This document shows, in pieces, positions 1-10,329 of a stretch of 64,000 bases of DNA. How positions within the stretch are numbered: position 1 is the first letter of the stretch; each line of letters opens with the position of its first letter. The DNA lies in assembly GCA_038206475.1 (NCBI GenBank), contig JBBRAU010000003.1, positions 13,852 through 77,851 of the forward strand. Direction: 5' to 3'. A program made the translations under genes and the position numbers. The notes below the pieces were generated by a model, which saw nothing but the letters and a program-made list of their open reading frames with translations, did not search any database and had not been told where the DNA came from. This DNA comes from Patescibacteria group bacterium (GTDB lineage Bacteria > Patescibacteriota > UBA1384 > JBBRAU01).

Positions 1-1
1 T

Positions 2-907
2 GTTGGCACCAAAGCTCATGGCACCATGACTATCAGTAACGGTTGGTCATCTGACCCGCAGCCGTTGACGCAAGGTACCCGCTTTGTGGCTGACTCTGGC
101 CAGGTCTTTCGAACGACGACAGACGTGACGGTACCAGGCGCCGTGCTTAGCTTAAGTAACGGCCAAGTACAAACCACGCCAGGCAAGGCCACCGTGCCGG
201 TTGAGGCTGATCAGCCAGGCGACAGCTACAACATTCCGGCTGGCCATTTCACCATTCCTGGGTTGTCGGCGGACAAGCAAGCTAAAATTTATGGCACCAC
301 CAGCGCGGCGATGTCTGGCGGTACCTCCAAAACCATTACTGTCGTGACGGCTGATGATCTGAGCAAACTGACCGACGCCGCAACCGCGGCGGCCAAAGCG
401 CAATCGTTGGCTGATATTCATCAAAAGGCCGGCCAGGCGACAGTACTTGACGACGCCATCGTGACGACGGTGAGCAAAACCAATCCTTCGGCTAAAGCTA
501 ATGATGAAGCCTCAACCGTTAGCGTGACGGTGACGATTCAGGCCAAAGCGCTATCATACCTTGGTACTGATTTCCGCCAGTTAATGTCCGCCGCCGCTAA
601 TGCCAAAGTTGGCCAAGGTAAAACAGTGGTCTTGCCGGATGACATCAAGCCGGATATTAGCGTCACCAAGACGGATCTTGATCATGGCGAAATAACGTTG
701 GCCGCCAGCATAGCCGGCCAAAGCTACGCCGTTATTGACACTAAAACTATTCAAAAAGCGCTGGTTGGTAAACTACCGGCTGAAGCGACACATACGCTGG
801 CAGGCCAACCAGCTGACCACATTGATGTCAGCCTCAAGCCCGCTTGGGTCAAACGGCTGCCACGCCGAGCCGCCCAAATTACCGTCCGTATTTCGCCGTT
901 GCCATGA
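2..907 (+). CDS. C-terminal part of a large Ala/Thr/Ser-rich hypothetical protein; its 5' end lies upstream of the window
   Basis: Reading frame is open from position 2 with no stop, so the Met at 26 is internal. Low-complexity T/S/A/V-rich sequence with no recognisable catalytic motif. Stop overlaps the ruvX start (ATGA). Confidence 0.45.
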   Translation, partial: VGTKAHGTMTISNGWSSDPQPLTQGTRFVADSGQVFRTTTDVTVPGAVLSLSNGQVQTTPGKATVPVEADQPGDSYNIPAGHFTIPGLSADKQAKIYGTTSAAMSGGTSKTITVVTADDLSKLTDAATAAAKAQSLADIHQKAGQATVLDDAIVTTVSKTNPSAKANDEASTVSVTVTIQAKALSYLGTDFRQLMSAAANAKVGQGKTVVLPDDIKPDISVTKTDLDHGEITLAASIAGQSYAVIDTKTIQKALVGKLPAEATHTLAGQPADHIDVSLKPAWVKRLPRRAAQITVRISPLP

Positions 908-1299
908 TTTTGGCGCTAGACCTTGGCCTCAGGCGAGTTGGTGTGGCCGGCTCTCGGAGCGGTCTGTTGGCTGAGCCGCTTGAAACGGTGACACTCAAGC
1001 GCGGCCAGCTCAGTGAAGAAACAGGCATAGCCGAGCTTTGCCAAGCCCTGTGGCGTTTGGCTGACGGCGAGACAATTGAGCTGTTAGTGATTGGTCTGCC
1101 AATGGCCGCCGATGGCCAGCCAAGCCCATTCGGCCGAGAGCTGGAGGCGTTTGGCCAGCAGGTTGCGGCCGAACTCAAGTCGCCAGCCGTTTTTGAGGAC
1201 GAGACCTTGTCAACCGCCTCAGGCGGCAGTGATGAGCAAGCAGCAGCCATTATTTTAGAGCAGTATTTGGCCTCGCAGCCTGAGCGCAGTAGACTGTGA
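904..1299 (+). CDS. ruvX: Putative Holliday-junction resolvase-like nuclease RuvX/YqgF
   Basis: N-terminus MILALDLGLRRVGVAGS matches the YqgF LGxDxGxKxxGVA motif. 131 aa. 4-nt overlaps with both neighbouring genes. Confidence 0.7.
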   Translation: MILALDLGLRRVGVAGSRSGLLAEPLETVTLKRGQLSEETGIAELCQALWRLADGETIELLVIGLPMAADGQPSPFGRELEAFGQQVAAELKSPAVFEDETLSTASGGSDEQAAAIILEQYLASQPERSRL

Positions 1300-2057
1300 A
1301 AACCATTCTTCTGACCGTCTCAGCCATTATTTTGGCGACGCTCGTCTTGCTGTTTGGTCGCTACGTTGACCAACGTTTGCAAGCCAGTAAGCGAGTTTTC
1401 GCCCTACGGCCGGCCATCACTGTCACGCTGCGTGAAGGCTTAAACCGGCAAGAAATCGCTCGCAACCTGGCCGCGGCCGGCGTGGTTGACGCACCCAGTT
1501 TTTTGGCCGCCACATCCGCTGACGAAGGTTACTTATTCCCCGATACTTACCAATTTTATCCAAACAGCTCGGCCGGAGAAGTGCGACAGAAGTTAATTGG
1601 TACCTTCACCGAAAAATTAGCTGCCTTAAGTCCGACCCGCGATCAAATAATTTTAGCTTCAATTGTTGAACGGGAAGCGAAGGGAGATGCCGACCGTGGC
1701 CAAATTGCCGGCGTTTATCATAACCGTCTGAAGCGTGGCATGAAGCTGGAGGCTGACCCGACCGTGCAGTACGGTAAGTATACAGAGTTGGTCAAGGCGC
1801 CAAGCGTGGCAGGTGGACTCGACTACTGGGCGCCGATTACGCTGGCTGACTACCAAACGGTTGTCTCGCCGTTTAATACCTATTTGCACACCGGTCTGCC
1901 TCCGACCCCTATTTGCAACCCCGGTCTCAAGTCACTGGCCGCCGCCGTTAGCCCCGCCACCACCTCGGCGCTTTACTTCTTCCACACCAAAGACGGCACC
2001 GCTATTTTCTCCAGCACGCTCAAAGAGCACGATGCGCAGTTGCGCCAGTATCGGTAA
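1296..2057 (+). CDS. mltG: Endolytic murein transglycosylase MltG/YceG family
   Basis: GTG start overlapping the ruvX stop. N-terminal TM helix followed by a YceG-like core (ASIVEREA, QYGKY, YNTYLHTGLPPTPICNPG). Confidence 0.65.
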   Translation: MKTILLTVSAIILATLVLLFGRYVDQRLQASKRVFALRPAITVTLREGLNRQEIARNLAAAGVVDAPSFLAATSADEGYLFPDTYQFYPNSSAGEVRQKLIGTFTEKLAALSPTRDQIILASIVEREAKGDADRGQIAGVYHNRLKRGMKLEADPTVQYGKYTELVKAPSVAGGLDYWAPITLADYQTVVSPFNTYLHTGLPPTPICNPGLKSLAAAVSPATTSALYFFHTKDGTAIFSSTLKEHDAQLRQYR

Positions 2058-2109
2058 TTGATAAGCTGCCCGATACCCTTCCGACGGGCCTCACTTTGCT
2101 GTAGGCTGA

Positions 2110-3210
2110 GTGCGCATGAAACTACCGCTGCTCTCCGTTTTTACCCACGACGTTGGGATTGATTTAGGCACGGCCAATACGTTGGTCTATGTTCGTGGCC
2201 ACGGCATCATCATTAATGAACCATCAGTCGTGGCGGTTGACCAGCGCACCCGGGCCATTTTAGCTATCGGTGAAGAAGCCAAGCGCATGGTTGGCCGGAC
2301 GCCGTCGCACATTGTCGCCGTGCGGCCGCTAACTGAAGGCGTGGTCTCTAATTTTGAAGTAACTGAGCAGATGTTGCGCTATTTTTTGGATAAGTTACAC
2401 CGCGGCGCCTTCAAGCCCCTGCACCGGCCGCGGGTAGTCATTGGCATCCCGTACGGCGTGACTGAGGTTGAGCGGCGGGCAGCTGAAGAGGCGGCTCAAA
2501 ACGCCGGTGCCCGCGAAGTCTATTTAATTGAGGAGCCAATGGCCGCCGCTATCGGTGCCGGTCTGGAAGTCCAGGAGGCCAAAGGTGTGATGATTGTTGA
2601 CATTGGCGGCGGCACGACCGAGGTGGCGGTCATTAGTTTGGGCGGCATCGTCGCCAGTCGCTCGCTGCGCGTGGCCGGTGATAAATTAAATCAAGATATT
2701 ATCACCTACGCTCGCGAGCGTTTTAATTTACTACTCGGGGAGCGGACAGCCGAAGAGTTAAAAACTAGCATTGGTACCGCCACTGCTGGTCTGCCGGTCG
2801 AGGCGGTGGGTCGCAGTGTTGTGCCTAACTATGACGTGCTCTCCATGCCGATGCGCGGTCGTGATTTGGTAACCGGACTGCCAAAAGAGATTATTGTCAC
2901 CAGTGAACATTTGTCTGAGGCGATGCAGAAATCAATTAATGTCATTGTCGAGCAGGTCAAAGCTACCGTCGAAGAGACGCCGCCGGAGCTGATTGCCGAT
3001 ATCATGGACTCGGGTATTGTCCTGGCCGGCGGTGGAGCGCTGCTGCGCGGTCTGGATCAGCGTATTGCCGAAGTCACTCAGATGCCGGTCCGGATTGCCG
3101 AAGATCCGCTGACGACGGTTGTGCGCGGCACCGGCTTGGTGTTGGAAGACTTGGACCGGCTGCGTGAGGTGCTGCTGCCGCGAACATTGGGCCGAGCTGA
3201 ATTTTCTTAA
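2110..3210 (+). CDS. mreB: Rod-shape determining actin homolog MreB
   Basis: GIDLGTANTLVYV phosphate-1 motif, DIGGGTTEVAVIS and LAGGGALLRGLD actin-fold motifs. GTG at 2110, or ATG at 2116. Confidence 0.9.
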   Translation: MRMKLPLLSVFTHDVGIDLGTANTLVYVRGHGIIINEPSVVAVDQRTRAILAIGEEAKRMVGRTPSHIVAVRPLTEGVVSNFEVTEQMLRYFLDKLHRGAFKPLHRPRVVIGIPYGVTEVERRAAEEAAQNAGAREVYLIEEPMAAAIGAGLEVQEAKGVMIVDIGGGTTEVAVISLGGIVASRSLRVAGDKLNQDIITYARERFNLLLGERTAEELKTSIGTATAGLPVEAVGRSVVPNYDVLSMPMRGRDLVTGLPKEIIVTSEHLSEAMQKSINVIVEQVKATVEETPPELIADIMDSGIVLAGGGALLRGLDQRIAEVTQMPVRIAEDPLTTVVRGTGLVLEDLDRLREVLLPRTLGRAEFS

Positions 3211-3213
3211 CCT

Positions 3214-3999
3214 ATGCGAGCTCCTCGCCTTGGTTTGTTCATCCTGATTATTTTCTTGGTTGGCTTGGGGCTGGCCGCACTCGGCGTCGTCGGCCGGCTG
3301 CGCCGCGGCAGCGGGCAGGTTACACGGCTGACAGTGAGTCTGCTCAGGCCTCTCATCGCTTGGCCGGCCGGGGTGCCACATGCGCTGCTTGAGCTGCACT
3401 CATTGCAGGCAGAGCGCGACCAGCTAGCCACTGAACTAGTTCGACTGTCAGTCGAAAACACCGCCCTGAAAGAGAAAAATGTGACAATGGCCGCTCAGGC
3501 GGCTGCCGCCAGTGTCCAGTTTAGCGATCCGGTGGTATTTAGGCTTGGCGCCCGTGTGGTGGGCCGAGAACCGGATCCACTTATACAGGAGCTGAAGCTC
3601 GATCGCGGGTCAGCTGACGGCATCAAGGTGGGCCAGGCAGTGCTGACCGCCGGTGTTATCGTCGCGCGGATACGCGATGTGCTGCCGCATGAGTCAACCG
3701 CGCTCGTACTGGGCTCGCATTTATCGGTGTTGCAGGTACGCCATGAAACTTCGCGCCAGACAGCCCTTGTTCGGGGAGACGTTGCTGGCTTAGAGCTGCA
3801 GAGCTTCCCACTTGAGACCACATTAAACAGCGGCGACCGCATTGTCACCAGCGGCCTAGACGGCATCGTGCCCGGTGGCATCTTAGTCGGCACGGTTGAT
3901 CGGGTATTGTCTAACCAATCGAGCTTTTTGCAAACCGCCAAGCTGAATCAAGCTATCTCTGCCCGCCAGGTGGAGCTGGTTGAGGTAGTTGGCCGGTGA
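3214..3999 (+). CDS. mreC: Rod-shape determining protein MreC
   Basis: Immediately downstream of mreB. N-terminal TM segment, a coiled segment, then a beta-rich C-terminus (GDRIVTSGLDGIVPGGILVGTV) typical of MreC. Confidence 0.75.
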   Translation: MRAPRLGLFILIIFLVGLGLAALGVVGRLRRGSGQVTRLTVSLLRPLIAWPAGVPHALLELHSLQAERDQLATELVRLSVENTALKEKNVTMAAQAAAASVQFSDPVVFRLGARVVGREPDPLIQELKLDRGSADGIKVGQAVLTAGVIVARIRDVLPHESTALVLGSHLSVLQVRHETSRQTALVRGDVAGLELQSFPLETTLNSGDRIVTSGLDGIVPGGILVGTVDRVLSNQSSFLQTAKLNQAISARQVELVEVVGR

Positions 4000-4487
4000 A
4001 GTACGTTTTTTGGCTGCTGCTGTATATTTTCGGTTTTTGGCTGCTGGCAGCCTGGCCGCTGTTGCTTGGCGGTGATGTGTGGTTGCCGAGTTGGCCAGGG
4101 GTGGTACTGCTCTTATGCCTGCTTTCGCTGCCGCGGCGGGTTTGGCTGGTGGTAATTTTAACCGCTGGCCTCTTTAGCGAGCTGTTCGTCAGTACGCCGT
4201 TTGGCTGGCAGCTCTTGGCTACCTGGTTGCTCGGCGGTACCTTGTGGCTGCTGCAGCCTCCAGCTGATCGGCCGAGCATCTTAATGCGGCACCTTTTGGC
4301 TTGCCTGGCGGCCACAGTGGTCTATGAGACAGTGAGCCATCTCTGGCTGGGCCGGCAGCTGCCTCTGCTTGCTGTACCACTCCTGTTGTCTTGTCTGCTC
4401 TCGACCGGACTGTTGCTTGGTATTGAATGGGCTCGCGGTAGCCTTGATGAGCGGTCACACCGGCGATTAAAATTGCGTTTAACATGA
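3996..4487 (+). CDS. mreD: Rod-shape determining protein MreD (polytopic membrane protein)
   Basis: 4-nt overlap with mreC. Multiple hydrophobic helices. Conserved mreBCD gene order. Confidence 0.55.
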   Translation: MKYVFWLLLYIFGFWLLAAWPLLLGGDVWLPSWPGVVLLLCLLSLPRRVWLVVILTAGLFSELFVSTPFGWQLLATWLLGGTLWLLQPPADRPSILMRHLLACLAATVVYETVSHLWLGRQLPLLAVPLLLSCLLSTGLLLGIEWARGSLDERSHRRLKLRLT

Positions 4488-4506
4488 CAAGTACGAGTGC
4501 CGCGCA

Positions 4507-6417
4507 GTGAGCTCTATTTTTGGTCATTTCTATGACGGTTTGCCTGGTGACCAGTCGCTTCGGCAGGCTGAAAACCGCGAAGGTGACGAGTACGAACATC
4601 CGCTTGGCCGTCACCCGGGCCGCCGCGTTGCTGAAGCCGAGACGGTACGTCGTAGCTATCCGTGGTTGGCACTCCTGCTGCTCTTGTGTTTGGGACGGTT
4701 AATGGTTAGCTTAGTCCACCTGCAGCTGCAGGAGGCCGGTCAAGGAGTGGCCGAAGCCACTGCCAACCGGGCCAGGCCAATTCCGATTCTGCCGCGGCGG
4801 GGTGTTTTTTTGGACAGCGACGGCAAACCGCTACTCACCAATAAACCAAGCTTTTCTCTGGCTGTCACAACCGCTGATTTCCCGATTAAGGCAGCTGACC
4901 GGGCCGCCCGTTACCAGCAAATTGAGCAACTGGCCGGGCTGCCGGGGGATACCTTTGTCGACCTGGAGAAGCGCTGGGTATTCAGCCTGGAGCCGCGCAT
5001 CATTAAGGACAATGTTGATCGCGACGAAGCGTTGTTGCTTTCGGAAAAATTAAGCCAGGTGCCTGGCGTGCAAGTAGTGGTTAGCTCAGAGCGTCAGTAC
5101 GATAGCCTGCCCGGCCTGTCGCATATTCTCGGTTATGTTGGCCGCTTGTCGGCGGCTGAAGAGGCCAGCCATCCAGGTTATCAAACTGACGAAGTGATCG
5201 GCAAAACCGGCCTTGAGCGGCAGTACGAGTCAGCTGTTCGTGGCCAAAATGGCGAAGAGGAGGTTGAAATTAACGCCCGCGGCCAAATTCAGCGGGTGAT
5301 CGGCTCCACCAACCCGGTGGCGGGCGATAATGTTCAGCTCTACCTTGATCGCGGATTGCAAACAGAGTTAACGAATGCGCTGCGTACCGCCATACAGAAC
5401 TCTGGCGCCAAAGCGGCGGTCGGTATTGCTCTTGACCCAAACACGGGTGGCATTTTAGCCTCGGTCAGTTTGCCGGATTACGACGCTAACTTATTCTCGG
5501 GGGGCATCTCAAGTGCAGACTACGCTAAATTGACCAATGACCCAACTACGCCGCTCCTGAACCGCGTCCTGCTCGGCCAGTATCCCTCGGGCTCGACGAT
5601 TAAGCCATTCATTGGTGCAGCGGCTTTGGCTGAGCATGTCATCCCGGTTGATAAACGCATTCAAACGCCAGAGATAATTCAAGTCGGCCAATCGGTTTTC
5701 CGCGATTGGAAGGCTCACGGGTCAGCTGATTTGCGCCAAGCCATTGCTGAATCCAATAATGTTTACTTTTATTCAATCGGCGGCGGCTGGAACGGTATTC
5801 CCGGCCTTGGCATTGACCGTATCGCCGACTACTTGAAGCGCTTCGGTTTTGGCGGTGACACCAAGGTAGACTGGCCCGGGGAGGCGCCGGGCAATATCCC
5901 AACTCCGGCTGGGAAGAAGCAACAAAAAGGCGAGAGCTGGTACATTGGTGACACCTACAACACGGCCATTGGCCAAGGGGACCTGTTGGTAACGCCGCTA
6001 CAGATGGCGCGCGGTATTGCCACGATCGCTAACGGCGGTAAGCTAATTGAGCCGCGCTTTGCCAAAGCCCTAACTACACCAGGCGGCAAAACGCAACCAA
6101 TCGAACCCCGGGTGGATAATCCGCAAGTCGTGCCGGCTGACGTCATCCAAATTATTCAGGAGGCCATGCGCCAAACAGTCACCAGCGGCACGGCCCGACC
6201 GCTGCAACAAGTGGGGGTGCCGGTAGCAGCCAAAACCGGAACCGCTCAGTTTACGGCGGTTGATAAAGACAAATCGCACGCATGGACGGTGGCCTATGCT
6301 CCGGCCGACCATCCGCAAATAGTGCTGGTTGTGGTCATCGAGGGCGGTGGCGAATCGTTTGACGTGGCCGTTCCGGTCGTTAAGGACGTCCTTAGTTGGA
6401 AATGGCCGCCGTCTTGA
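4507..6417 (+). CDS. mrdA: Penicillin-binding protein 2 (class B transpeptidase)
   Basis: SGSTIKPF (SxxK), AESNNVYF (SxN) and KTGTAQ (KTG) active-site triad. N-terminal TM anchor. No rodA follows it. Confidence 0.85.
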   Translation: MSSIFGHFYDGLPGDQSLRQAENREGDEYEHPLGRHPGRRVAEAETVRRSYPWLALLLLLCLGRLMVSLVHLQLQEAGQGVAEATANRARPIPILPRRGVFLDSDGKPLLTNKPSFSLAVTTADFPIKAADRAARYQQIEQLAGLPGDTFVDLEKRWVFSLEPRIIKDNVDRDEALLLSEKLSQVPGVQVVVSSERQYDSLPGLSHILGYVGRLSAAEEASHPGYQTDEVIGKTGLERQYESAVRGQNGEEEVEINARGQIQRVIGSTNPVAGDNVQLYLDRGLQTELTNALRTAIQNSGAKAAVGIALDPNTGGILASVSLPDYDANLFSGGISSADYAKLTNDPTTPLLNRVLLGQYPSGSTIKPFIGAAALAEHVIPVDKRIQTPEIIQVGQSVFRDWKAHGSADLRQAIAESNNVYFYSIGGGWNGIPGLGIDRIADYLKRFGFGGDTKVDWPGEAPGNIPTPAGKKQQKGESWYIGDTYNTAIGQGDLLVTPLQMARGIATIANGGKLIEPRFAKALTTPGGKTQPIEPRVDNPQVVPADVIQIIQEAMRQTVTSGTARPLQQVGVPVAAKTGTAQFTAVDKDKSHAWTVAYAPADHPQIVLVVVIEGGGESFDVAVPVVKDVLSWKWPPS

Positions 6418-6559
6418 CACTAAGCCGCCCGGCCCGGTATAATTTGAGCGAATTTTGGCGACCGCTTCACGCTATCTCGCAACCATTTGGTCGGGGAGCG
6501 TCGTTGGTCGCATTTCTTTCGCAAGCGATGCTTCAGGCCTGGCCTGGAGAAAGGATAGT

Positions 6560-7015
6560 ATGGCCAAACCGGTCTACCTGACTGCTCTCGGTTTAGAAAA
6601 ATTAACCGCTGAGCTGGCACACCTAAAGCAACAGCAGAAACAGGCTGCCGACCGTATTCGCGATGCGCGCGCATTCGGTGACCTCTCTGAAAATGCCGAG
6701 TACGAAGATGCTCGCAATCAGCAGGCTTTCATCGAGGGACGCATTCAAGAGCTAGAAGAGAAGATGAAGCATGCCCAGGTCATCGCCGGCACTGCCGGTG
6801 GCGTCGTGGCACTTGGTTCAACCATCGCCGTTGATATGGGCCGCGGTAGTCAGGAGTACACCTTAGTTGGGCCAACCGAGGCCGATCCGGCCGCTGGCCG
6901 TATCTCCAGTGAGTCACCAATTGGTCAGGCACTGCTGTCTAGCAAAGCCGGCGAGACGGTCACAGCGGAAACGCCCGGCGGTCAGCTGGCTATTAAAGTG
7001 CTATCCGTCAGCTAA
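6560..7015 (+). CDS. greA: Transcription elongation factor GreA
   Basis: MAKPVYLTALGLEKLTAELAHLK matches the GreA N-terminal coiled-coil. Acidic finger region DLSENAEYEDAR. RBS GGAGAAAGGA lies upstream of the ATG at 6560. The longer ORF starting at 6455 is an upstream extension. Confidence 0.85.
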   Translation: MAKPVYLTALGLEKLTAELAHLKQQQKQAADRIRDARAFGDLSENAEYEDARNQQAFIEGRIQELEEKMKHAQVIAGTAGGVVALGSTIAVDMGRGSQEYTLVGPTEADPAAGRISSESPIGQALLSSKAGETVTAETPGGQLAIKVLSVS

Positions 7016-7026
7016 TACCATAAAAA

Positions 7027-7085
7027 ACCCGCGATGCAGTGCACCGCGGGAAGAGAGAGACCCGGCCGAGTGCCGGGTTTTTTTG
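7027..7085 (+). terminator. Tandem hairpins; the second (cccggc-cgagt-gccggg + T7) is a rho-independent terminator for greA
   Basis: Perfect GC stems followed by TTTTTTT, seen directly in the sequence. Confidence 0.65.
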
Positions 7086-7508
7086 CTATAGGCGGAGCGT
7101 TTTGGGGAAGAAGAGCTCGAGAAGTTTCTTGGCCGGCCAGTTCGGCAGGTTGGCTCTGAGGTCTCTGCATATTTCTATCATGCCAGTTGCCAGGTCTTCC
7201 GGACCGATGCTGTGGGTGGCGGCTAAGGCCACGATACGTCTAGCATTCTGCTCTCCCGTCATCTCCAGGACATCGGCTGGCCAATCAGGAGTGACTGACC
7301 ACTCCGGGCTGTTCAAGAAACGGAGGAAGGCGTCGGGATGTGCTGGTGGCCGACGAGGATCATACAGTTCATAGAGCACCCCTGACACGGCTGCATTCCA
7401 GACACCGATGAGGTCCAAAGCTAGCCGTCGCTCGGTACTGAGTGGCAATGTCCTGCGCCGAAGCACTGAGTGAGCCATTTGTCTCTCCCAAGTAGAAAAA
7501 AAGAGCAA
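7086..7508 (-). CDS. Hypothetical protein
   Basis: 140-aa ORF in the otherwise gene-free strand segment between the greA terminator and lysS. No recognisable motif. Confidence 0.3.
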   Translation of the reverse strand: MLFFSTWERQMAHSVLRRRTLPLSTERRLALDLIGVWNAAVSGVLYELYDPRRPPAHPDAFLRFLNSPEWSVTPDWPADVLEMTGEQNARRIVALAATHSIGPEDLATGMIEICRDLRANLPNWPAKKLLELFFPKTLRL

Positions 7509-7570
7509 ATTACGTTAGGGTACGAGTGTAGCAAAGAAGCAATGAAACGAGAAGGAATCGTTGACAACGC

Positions 7571-8995
7571 ATGCCTAACCAAGAAGCCGCCCCGCCTACA
7601 AATTCGGCGGGCAACTCCGGCGCTTATCACGAAATTCGAGCCGCCCGGCTCGCCAAGCATGACGCCTGGCGCAAGCTTGGCATAGAGCCGTATCCGGCCA
7701 GCAGCCGTCGAACCCACACTCTGGCCGAGGCCCGAGCATTGCCACTTGATAGCACTGGCCAAAGCGAGCAGGTGATCACCGTGGCGGGCCGAATTGTCGC
7801 CGAGCGGGTTCAGGGGGGCTTAGGCTTCTTTGATCTGACTGATGGCGGTGGCCGCTTGCAACTTTTGGTGAAAAAGGATGATGTTGCTCCTGAGCAGTTT
7901 GAGCAATTGTCTTTGTTAGACCTCGGTGACTTCATAGAAGCAAGTGGCACATTGATGACCACCAAGCGCGGTGAGCTGACCGTGGCGGTCAGCAACTGGC
8001 GGCTACTCAGTAAGTCGCTCTCTCCGCTGCCGGATAAATGGCATGGCTTGCAAGACGAAGAGCTGCAGTTTCGCGATCGCCCCAGTTTTTTCATTGCCAA
8101 CCCCGAGGAAAAAAGAATTTTTGCCGAGCGGGCCAAGGCCACAGCTGCCATCCGCCATTTTCTTGATGAACGTAACTTCCTCGAGGTCGAGACGCCAATT
8201 CTACAAAATATTCCTGGCGGTGCCTCAGCCAAGCCATTTGTGACGCATTACAATGCCTATGACACGGATGTTTTTCTGCGCATTGCACCGGAGTTGTACT
8301 TAAAGCGGCTGCTGGTGGCCGGTTTTGACCGGGTCTATGAAATTGGCCCCTGTTTTCGCAACGAAGGTGTCGACGCCACACACAACCCTGAGTACACCGA
8401 ATTTGAGTTCTACGCTGCTTATATGGATGAAGAGCAGCTGATGCAGCTAACCGAAGAGCTCATGATTTCCATCGCTACGGTGGTCAAGGGCAAACCTGAG
8501 CTAACGCGTGGCGGCCAAACTGTTAAACTAGAACGGCCCTTTGCCCGTGTCAGTTTTGCTGAGCTAACAGGAGGGGAAAATTCAGATACTGCTTTCAAGC
8601 AAGCCGCCAAAAACCTCATTGAACCTACATTCGTGACCAACCACCCAACTGAGATGATTCCACTAGCTAAGCGCGCCGAAGACGGTCAAACCGTGCGCAG
8701 TTTTCAGCTGATTATTGCCGGTATTGAATTAGTTAAAGCCTTTGCCGAGCTGAACGACCCAGTTGATCAACGCGCCCGTTTCTTGGAGCAGGAGAACGCT
8801 CGCTCTGGCGGCGACGAAGAGGCGCAGAGGTTGGATGAAGATTTTGTTCGCGCTTTAGAGTTAGGGATGCCGCCGGCAGCCGGTTTTGGTATGGGCATTG
8901 AGCGACTGATGCTGCTACTCTCGGGCAAGCACGCCATCCGTGACGTACTGCTGTTCCCGTACGTTCGGCCAAAAAACGAGAAAGAGGCAACATGA
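7571..8995 (+). CDS. lysS: Lysyl-tRNA synthetase (class II)
   Basis: OB-fold anticodon-binding N-terminus. Class II motifs (FLEVETPIL, YEIGPCFRNEG, GFGMGIERLMLLL). Confidence 0.9.
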   Translation: MPNQEAAPPTNSAGNSGAYHEIRAARLAKHDAWRKLGIEPYPASSRRTHTLAEARALPLDSTGQSEQVITVAGRIVAERVQGGLGFFDLTDGGGRLQLLVKKDDVAPEQFEQLSLLDLGDFIEASGTLMTTKRGELTVAVSNWRLLSKSLSPLPDKWHGLQDEELQFRDRPSFFIANPEEKRIFAERAKATAAIRHFLDERNFLEVETPILQNIPGGASAKPFVTHYNAYDTDVFLRIAPELYLKRLLVAGFDRVYEIGPCFRNEGVDATHNPEYTEFEFYAAYMDEEQLMQLTEELMISIATVVKGKPELTRGGQTVKLERPFARVSFAELTGGENSDTAFKQAAKNLIEPTFVTNHPTEMIPLAKRAEDGQTVRSFQLIIAGIELVKAFAELNDPVDQRARFLEQENARSGGDEEAQRLDEDFVRALELGMPPAAGFGMGIERLMLLLSGKHAIRDVLLFPYVRPKNEKEAT

Positions 8996-10314
8996 TTGAT
9001 ATCAAGCTGATTCGTGAGCAGCCGGATGAAGTTAAAGCGGCGCTAGCGCGGCGCAATGTTGATAGTAATGTCATTGATGACTTGCTGGCCGTTGACCGTG
9101 ATCGCCGCCTGGCCCAGGCTGACGTCGAAGAGCGTCAGTCGCGGCTGAACGCCCTGTCCAAAGAGGTGGGTCGTCAATTTGGACAAAAGAAAATCGAGCT
9201 CATTCAAGAGGCTTCCGGGTTGTCAGAGGCGATTGAACACGCAAAGCCAAAACTGGAAGAGCTAGATACCCGTTTTGCTGAGCTGCTGAAATCACTGCCG
9301 AATTTGCCTGATCCAGATGTGCCAGACGGTGCTGATGAGTCAGAAAATATCGTCATTCGCACGGTTGGCAAGCAGCCGAAGTTTGATTTTGCGCCAAAAG
9401 AGCATTGGCAACTCGGCGAGGCGCTCGGTGTGCTTGATACCGCCACTGCCGCCAAGGTGGCAGGTTCGCGTTTTGTCTATCTGAAGGGCCAGTTGGCCAC
9501 GCTCCAGTTTGCCCTTATTCAACTGGCGCTGTCGGTGCTGACCGATGAAGCGCAGCTGGCAGCTATTATCAAAAAATCTAAACTAAAGCTGCCGGCAACG
9601 CCGTTTACCTTGGTGGTGCCGCCAGCCTTTATTAAGCCAGAGGTGTTTGATCGCATGGCACGCCTCAATCCGCGTGACGAGCGTTACTATTTGCCGGCTG
9701 ACGACCTGTTTTTAATCGGCTCGGCTGAGCACACACTTGGCCCGTTGCACATGGGCCAGACGCTTGATGAGGCCGATTTACCCATTCGCTACCTCGGCTA
9801 CTCATCCAGTTTTCGGCGTGAGGCCGGCTCATACGGCAAGGACACCAAAGGCATCCTGCGTCTGCACCAGTTTGATAAGCTGGAAATGGAGTCATTTACC
9901 CTGCCCGAACATTCGCGTGCTGAGCAAGATTTGTTCGTCGCCATTCAAGAGCACCTAATGCAGAGTCTTGGGCTGCCGTACCAGGTGATGGCTATTTGCA
10001 CCGGCGATATGGGCGACCCCGACGCTCGCCAATTTGACATCAATACCTGGATGCCTGGCCAAAATCAGTACCGAGAAACGCAAACCGCCGACTTAATGAC
10101 CGACTACCAAGCCCACCGACTCGGCACGAAGGTCAAACGTAAAGATAAGAGCAGCCAGTTTGTGCACATGAACGACGGCACCGCTTTTGCCATCGGCCGC
10201 ACCCTCATTGCCATCATGGAGAACTACCAACAGAAAGACGGTACTATTCTCGTGCCCGACGTGCTCAAACCATACGTTCCGTTTACCCTGATCACCAGAA
10301 TGCCACGAAAATGA
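8992..10314 (+). CDS. serS: Seryl-tRNA synthetase
   Basis: N-terminal coiled-coil (MIDIKLIRE...). Class II core (FRREAGSYGKDTKGILRLHQFDKLE, GRTLIAIMENYQ). Confidence 0.9.
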   Translation: MIDIKLIREQPDEVKAALARRNVDSNVIDDLLAVDRDRRLAQADVEERQSRLNALSKEVGRQFGQKKIELIQEASGLSEAIEHAKPKLEELDTRFAELLKSLPNLPDPDVPDGADESENIVIRTVGKQPKFDFAPKEHWQLGEALGVLDTATAAKVAGSRFVYLKGQLATLQFALIQLALSVLTDEAQLAAIIKKSKLKLPATPFTLVVPPAFIKPEVFDRMARLNPRDERYYLPADDLFLIGSAEHTLGPLHMGQTLDEADLPIRYLGYSSSFRREAGSYGKDTKGILRLHQFDKLEMESFTLPEHSRAEQDLFVAIQEHLMQSLGLPYQVMAICTGDMGDPDARQFDINTWMPGQNQYRETQTADLMTDYQAHRLGTKVKRKDKSSQFVHMNDGTAFAIGRTLIAIMENYQQKDGTILVPDVLKPYVPFTLITRMPRK

Positions 10315-10329
10315 GGGAACCCGGCGAAG